This document shows positions 60,380 through 64,000 of a stretch of DNA of 64,000 nt, in pieces. This stretch comes from a virus. The stretch is from the IMG/VR virus record IMGVR_UViG_3300032214_000528, positions 1 to 64,000 of that record. One strand, 5' to 3'. The notes below the pieces were generated by a model. The model had not been told where the DNA came from. It searched no databases and saw nothing but the letters and a program-made list of their open reading frames with translations. How positions within the stretch are numbered: the stretch's first letter is position 1; every line of letters starts with the position of its first letter. The translations under genes and the position numbers were made by a program.

Positions 60380-61318
60380 ATGACAGACATTTCCCCCTTC
60401 GAAGCTGAAGATGGCCCGGAAGATACAACACCAGTTGTAGACACCCCCATCGACTACCGCCCTGACCTTTCGGCTCTTGGCATGCTCGAAGTTGAAAAGG
60501 GAGTTGTCGAAGACACCTACGAAAACAGAGCTGCCCTTCGAAAGGCGATGCTGAACTGGGATTCTGTTTATGACCAGTCAGGCGCCCCGACAGGGTTGAT
60601 TGCTGCCCGCTCACAAGAAGCCATCAAAGAAAGACGGCTAATGAGCTTGGCAGAGAAGAAACCGCTGTTGTTAGATCCAGGAAATAATAACTCAGATTTC
60701 CTAACGGGCCTCGAGCTCCTCCTAGACGATGACGCCATAAAGATTTGTCCACCTTGGGTTATCGGCGCAACCCGCACATGGCAAGCCGAACAAGAGACTG
60801 GCCCGAAATCATCTAAGCGAGCGCCAGCGGCTATGCCTCATCGCTGTACCAAAATTAAATCAGACGGCATCCGCTGCATGCTGTGGGGGTCAGGTCGTGT
60901 CAAAGATGACGGTTTGTGTCGAGTCCACCTCAAAGGCATTAGACGGCCGGGCGCAGATGTCGAACGGGCAAGAATCAAGATTATGCAATCGGCAAGCTAT
61001 GCTGTGGATAAGCTTGAAGAGTTAATGGAGAACGCAGTCTCTGAACCAGTCCAACTTAAAGCGGCAACGGAACTACTTGACCGTGCTGGAGTCCGAGGCG
61101 GGACCGAGCTGGATATCGGAGTTGATATTTCCGGGGAGAGGCCAGCTCACGTCATCGTGGCTGAACGTCTGCAACGGCTAGCGGCAGGTGCTGCACACAC
61201 GGCAAGCAACCTAGCTAACGACGGGGTAAAAATAATTGACGCCGAAGTATCGGATGTCTATGACATAACAACCGCAGCCAAAGAGGAAGACGGGCCAGAT
61301 CCAGATGACCGCAAATAA
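60380..61318 (+). CDS. Putative terminase small subunit-like protein with CCCH finger
   Basis: RCT.....G.RC...G...C.VH, then ELMENAVSEPVQLKAATELLDRAG, a helix common in phage TerS-like proteins. Confidence 0.5.
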   Translation: MTDISPFEAEDGPEDTTPVVDTPIDYRPDLSALGMLEVEKGVVEDTYENRAALRKAMLNWDSVYDQSGAPTGLIAARSQEAIKERRLMSLAEKKPLLLDPGNNNSDFLTGLELLLDDDAIKICPPWVIGATRTWQAEQETGPKSSKRAPAAMPHRCTKIKSDGIRCMLWGSGRVKDDGLCRVHLKGIRRPGADVERARIKIMQSASYAVDKLEELMENAVSEPVQLKAATELLDRAGVRGGTELDIGVDISGERPAHVIVAERLQRLAAGAAHTASNLANDGVKIIDAEVSDVYDITTAAKEEDGPDPDDRK

Positions 61319-61505
61319 TAATTCGGTTTCACTAGCTCAAGAGCTAGCCGCTAACCTCCATGCCGACATCGGCTTGGCAAAGACTAGAGAAGAACATATC
61401 CGAGTAACGGCACGGGCTAATGCAGCTGCCGCTCTTTTAGCGGAACTAAATATTCCACTTTACGAATTCGATCAAGCAACTTTCACAAGCGGCAAGGACG
61501 AGTAG
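61305..61505 (+). CDS. Hypothetical protein
   Basis: 66-aa ORF overlapping the upstream stop. Confidence 0.55.
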   Translation: MTANNNSVSLAQELAANLHADIGLAKTREEHIRVTARANAAAALLAELNIPLYEFDQATFTSGKDE

Positions 61506-61507
61506 GT

Positions 61508-61550
61508 TTATATAACCAATACGCTAACGGATAGCGTATTAGTTATATAA
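61508..61550. repeat. 19-bp near-perfect inverted repeat
   Basis: TTATATAACCAATACGCTA-ACGGA-TAGCGTATTAGTTATATAA, with 1 mismatch. Confidence 0.85.
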
Positions 61551-61823
61551 ACAAATGTCAAGCAAGCGGCAAGGGAATCGCACATTGTTATTTACTCACG
61601 AGTAGTTGAAGTTTCAACTAGCGGCGTGGGATAGGGACGCTCGAATATATAACGGATCGTTGTCACACGAGCTCGAGGAGTGCTAACGGATGTTGTTACT
61701 TCCGGGGTCTACAGCTGCAGATCCACTGAACGGTGGACAGACTTAATTCTAACCCTGTACGCCTGAACCAAATAGATGACGGATAGTTAACAGTTTCGCT
61801 GTCAAAGCGGAAAGGGCCCCTTA

Positions 61824-62695
61824 GCCCGGAAAATATAATACAAGACGCAGCGAAGACGAGGCAGCTGCCGCCGGGAACAAACAACTGTGAGCAATAAAAT
61901 CACCGGGTCGGCACGAGCGTGATCGGATCTAGATCTCCAGGAAATAACAAATTCAGAACGTGACAGCAGCAGCTGCAGTGAACCCCGGAACTAAATACTT
62001 GACTTGAGCACAGCGGCGTGCCAGGATGGATCCAGATCTCCGGGAAAAAACAATCTTTTTTGCCAGGGCCGGGATGGAGCTCCTCCAGCCGGGAAATAAT
62101 AATTTGACTACAGCGGCTAGGGGACCAACGGGTCCAACAGGACCAATCGGTACAACGGTGGCGGTGGAGGCGGAGGCGGCGTGCTTGCATCAAGCCCGGA
62201 AAATATAATACCGAGGAAGACGGATCCGGGTCCCTGGAAAATAAAACATCGGCTTGGGTATACAGCTGCAGCTTGACAACGGCTTGGGATTCAAAGAGCG
62301 GCATGGGATAGAGCGCTCGCAATATATAACGGTGTGAGTTGTGGGACGCAGCTTGTAGCTCGATGCTGGGAACTAATAACTTAACGGTGCGTGTAGCTTG
62401 ACAAGCATTTGACAGGGTGGTTACACTTTGCGTGCAAGTGCTCGCAAAGCGGACATAACGGTCCCCGGAAATAAAAACTCGACAGCGCATCACAGCTGCA
62501 GCTCCAGACGCTGGTCATCAACTTTAAACATATGCATGGTTGTCTACGTTGACTTTCGAAGTGACGGGGACCAGATCTGAATCCTGGAAAATAGAATGTA
62601 ACGTTAGGGCCCGCAGCTCCAGTGCGTCAGCCGGGAAAATATAATATCGAGGAAGACCACCCGGATGGCCGCCTCCTCCCGGAACTAATAATTTG
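61824..62695 (+). repeat. Array of 13 co-oriented CCNGG-AA-A-tract motifs in a non-coding region
   Basis: Copies at about 61825, 61871, 61937, 61984, 62040, 62089, 62195, 62233, 62366 (CTGGG variant), 62464, 62583, 62631 and 62678. Confidence 0.85.
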
Positions 62696-62748
62696 TTTGC
62701 CCATGACAGCTACAGGTCGACTCACGAAAACTTTCTTGCTGTTAGTGC

Positions 62749-62778
62749 TTGACACAAAAAGAAACTGTGCTCTATGAT
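62749..62778 (+). promoter_or_regulatory. SigA-type promoter
   Basis: TTGACA-N18-TATGAT. Confidence 0.7.
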
Positions 62779-62824
62779 AAATCCTGCAGCAGAAATTACT
62801 CTGCTAAATGACGAAGGGAACACC

Positions 62825-63268
62825 ATGGGTTACACGCACTACTACACAAAGACTGGCACATCAGTCGAAGACTCTCGCCTCTTTGAAATGTTTATGAATG
62901 GGGCTCGAACCATTATCGAGTACGCCACTACTGTGGACAAGATTCAACTCGCAGACGGAATGGGTGATCATCTCGGCCAGTGGGAATGCTCAAAAGAAAA
63001 TGTTTGGTTCAACGGCTACGGGCCAGATTCACACGAGACCTTTAACTGGTCCTTGGATTCCTCAGGCTTTGGATTTACAAAGACGGCACGCAAACCATAC
63101 GACGCCGTAGTAACGGCATGCCTCATACATCTCAAAGATGTATACGGAGACTTGGTCAGCATCGGCTCGGACGGCTCGTGGTCTGAGTGGCAAGACGGGG
63201 CAAGGCTTTACCGCAACGCAACGGGCTTGACGGCGAGCGCACCATTCGATTTGGAAGAAGCAATCTAA
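62825..63268 (+). CDS. Hypothetical phage protein (MGYTHY...F.F.KTARKPYD.VV.A.L type)
   Basis: ATG 62825 follows an AAGGGA RBS. The track start at 62774 overlaps the -10 box. Confidence 0.75.
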   Translation: MGYTHYYTKTGTSVEDSRLFEMFMNGARTIIEYATTVDKIQLADGMGDHLGQWECSKENVWFNGYGPDSHETFNWSLDSSGFGFTKTARKPYDAVVTACLIHLKDVYGDLVSIGSDGSWSEWQDGARLYRNATGLTASAPFDLEEAI

Positions 63269-63386
63269 AAAACAAATAGATATTACGGCGTGCCCTTTAA
63301 GCCTGTGCAGTGACACGGCAAGGGTGCGCCGTATCTTTTTAAACAACGGCATGGGATAGCCCCAGCCTCTACGAAAGGACACACGG

Positions 63387-63614
63387 ATGACACGCAAGAT
63401 AGTTACAACAATAGAAATCGAGTTCGACGAAGCTGTGATGCTCGAGGACCGGGAAAATATAATGACGGATGACGAACTTCAGATCTACGCAGCGGAGTTG
63501 TTCTGCGAGGATATCTACAACTTGGTGAAGTACAACGAACTTTATGATGTAGCGGTTGCACGCACAAGAATCGTTGATGCTGCAAATGACCAGTCCCCGG
63601 AACAAATAATTTGA
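63387..63614 (+). CDS. Acidic hypothetical protein
   Basis: GAAAGGA RBS upstream. Confidence 0.6.
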   Translation: MTRKIVTTIEIEFDEAVMLEDRENIMTDDELQIYAAELFCEDIYNLVKYNELYDVAVARTRIVDAANDQSPEQII

Positions 63615-63700
63615 CGACAGCGAAGACCACCAGGCCCTGGACCGGGAAAAAATAATTCGCTGTCGAGGCCTGGAGGAAATCTATCGCCGGGAACTCACAA
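63449..63700 (+). repeat. Four further CCNGG-AA motifs
   Basis: Copies at 63449, 63596, 63642 and 63687, in the same orientation as the main array. Confidence 0.75.
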
Positions 63701-63801
63701 CTTCATTTACCAAGATGTCTAGTGTCTGAAAACCTTAGGCTCAATGATGTCCTAATCTAGAAAGGTATGATAAGGTTTTCCTAAATGACGAAAGGGAAAA
63801 A

Positions 63802-64000
63802 ATGCAATACACATTTAGATTCAATGAAATTGCAATGAACCAAGTTTGGTTTGAGGCAAAAGATGATGAAGAGGCGAAGTCTCTTATGAAGCAACTAATG
63901 GAAGATGAAATCAACATCAACGACCTTCCTGAAGTTGGGGAACGCAATAGAGGAATTGACTTGGACTTCAGCGTTTCAATCTTGGAAGATGAAAACTTCC
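63802..64000 (+). CDS. Hypothetical protein, truncated by the window end
   Basis: Manual read: MQYTFRFNEIAMNQVWFEAKDDEEAKSLMKQLMEDEI..., with an AAAGGGA RBS. Confidence 0.65.
   Translation, partial: MQYTFRFNEIAMNQVWFEAKDDEEAKSLMKQLMEDEININDLPEVGERNRGIDLDFSVSILEDENF

Noticed and set aside
61900-62493. 197-aa minus-strand ORF and 60-aa plus-strand ORF in the repeat region
   Set aside because: Cys/Arg/Ser-rich compositions with no recognisable motif or RBS; best explained by GC-rich repeats.
61824-63700. CRISPR array
   Set aside because: The repeats are short and degenerate with irregular spacing, and no cas genes are present.

Overview
64-kb segment of a large, AT-rich tailed dsDNA phage (Caudoviricetes). 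The host is most likely an actinobacterium, an inference from two WhiB genes, a DUF3039-like gene and many leaderless TANNNT-N6/7-ATG starts. Layout: (1) 1-22.2 kb, minus strand: truncated subtilisin-like gene, six Thr-rich collagen-like (GPT/GAT) fibre proteins, two giant Gly-rich virion proteins and a beta-propeller. (2) 22.3-35 kb: metallophosphoesterase, Prim-Pol/D5 primase-helicase, thermonuclease, terminase large subunit, a 1217-aa signal-peptide/PA14/FnIII/(EEPPA)14 surface-protein-like ORF, serine recombinase, ThyX. (3) 35-57.5 kb: accessory genes including two HNH nucleases, a proteasome-beta-like Ntn hydrolase, thioredoxin, a flavin-dependent halogenase flanked by four paralogous Cys-Pro/dUTPase-like proteins, an ABC-ATPase/GNAT fusion, GH130-like, methyltransferase and glycosyltransferase genes, dCMP deaminase, CHAP endolysin, tandem WhiB and class II RNR. 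(4) 57.5-64 kb: AT-rich inverted-repeat region (candidate origin), tRNA-Arg(UCU), holin-like and terminase-small-like genes, then a mostly non-coding stretch carrying 17 co-oriented CCNGGAA-A-tract motifs. The same core occurs in the opposite orientation within a 25-bp element repeated three times at 37.5-41.9 kb, each copy beside G-tracts. The strongest candidates for undescribed biology are this polarised repeat system and the halogenase/four-paralogue/ABC-GNAT module. All family names come from motif recognition; no database search was run.
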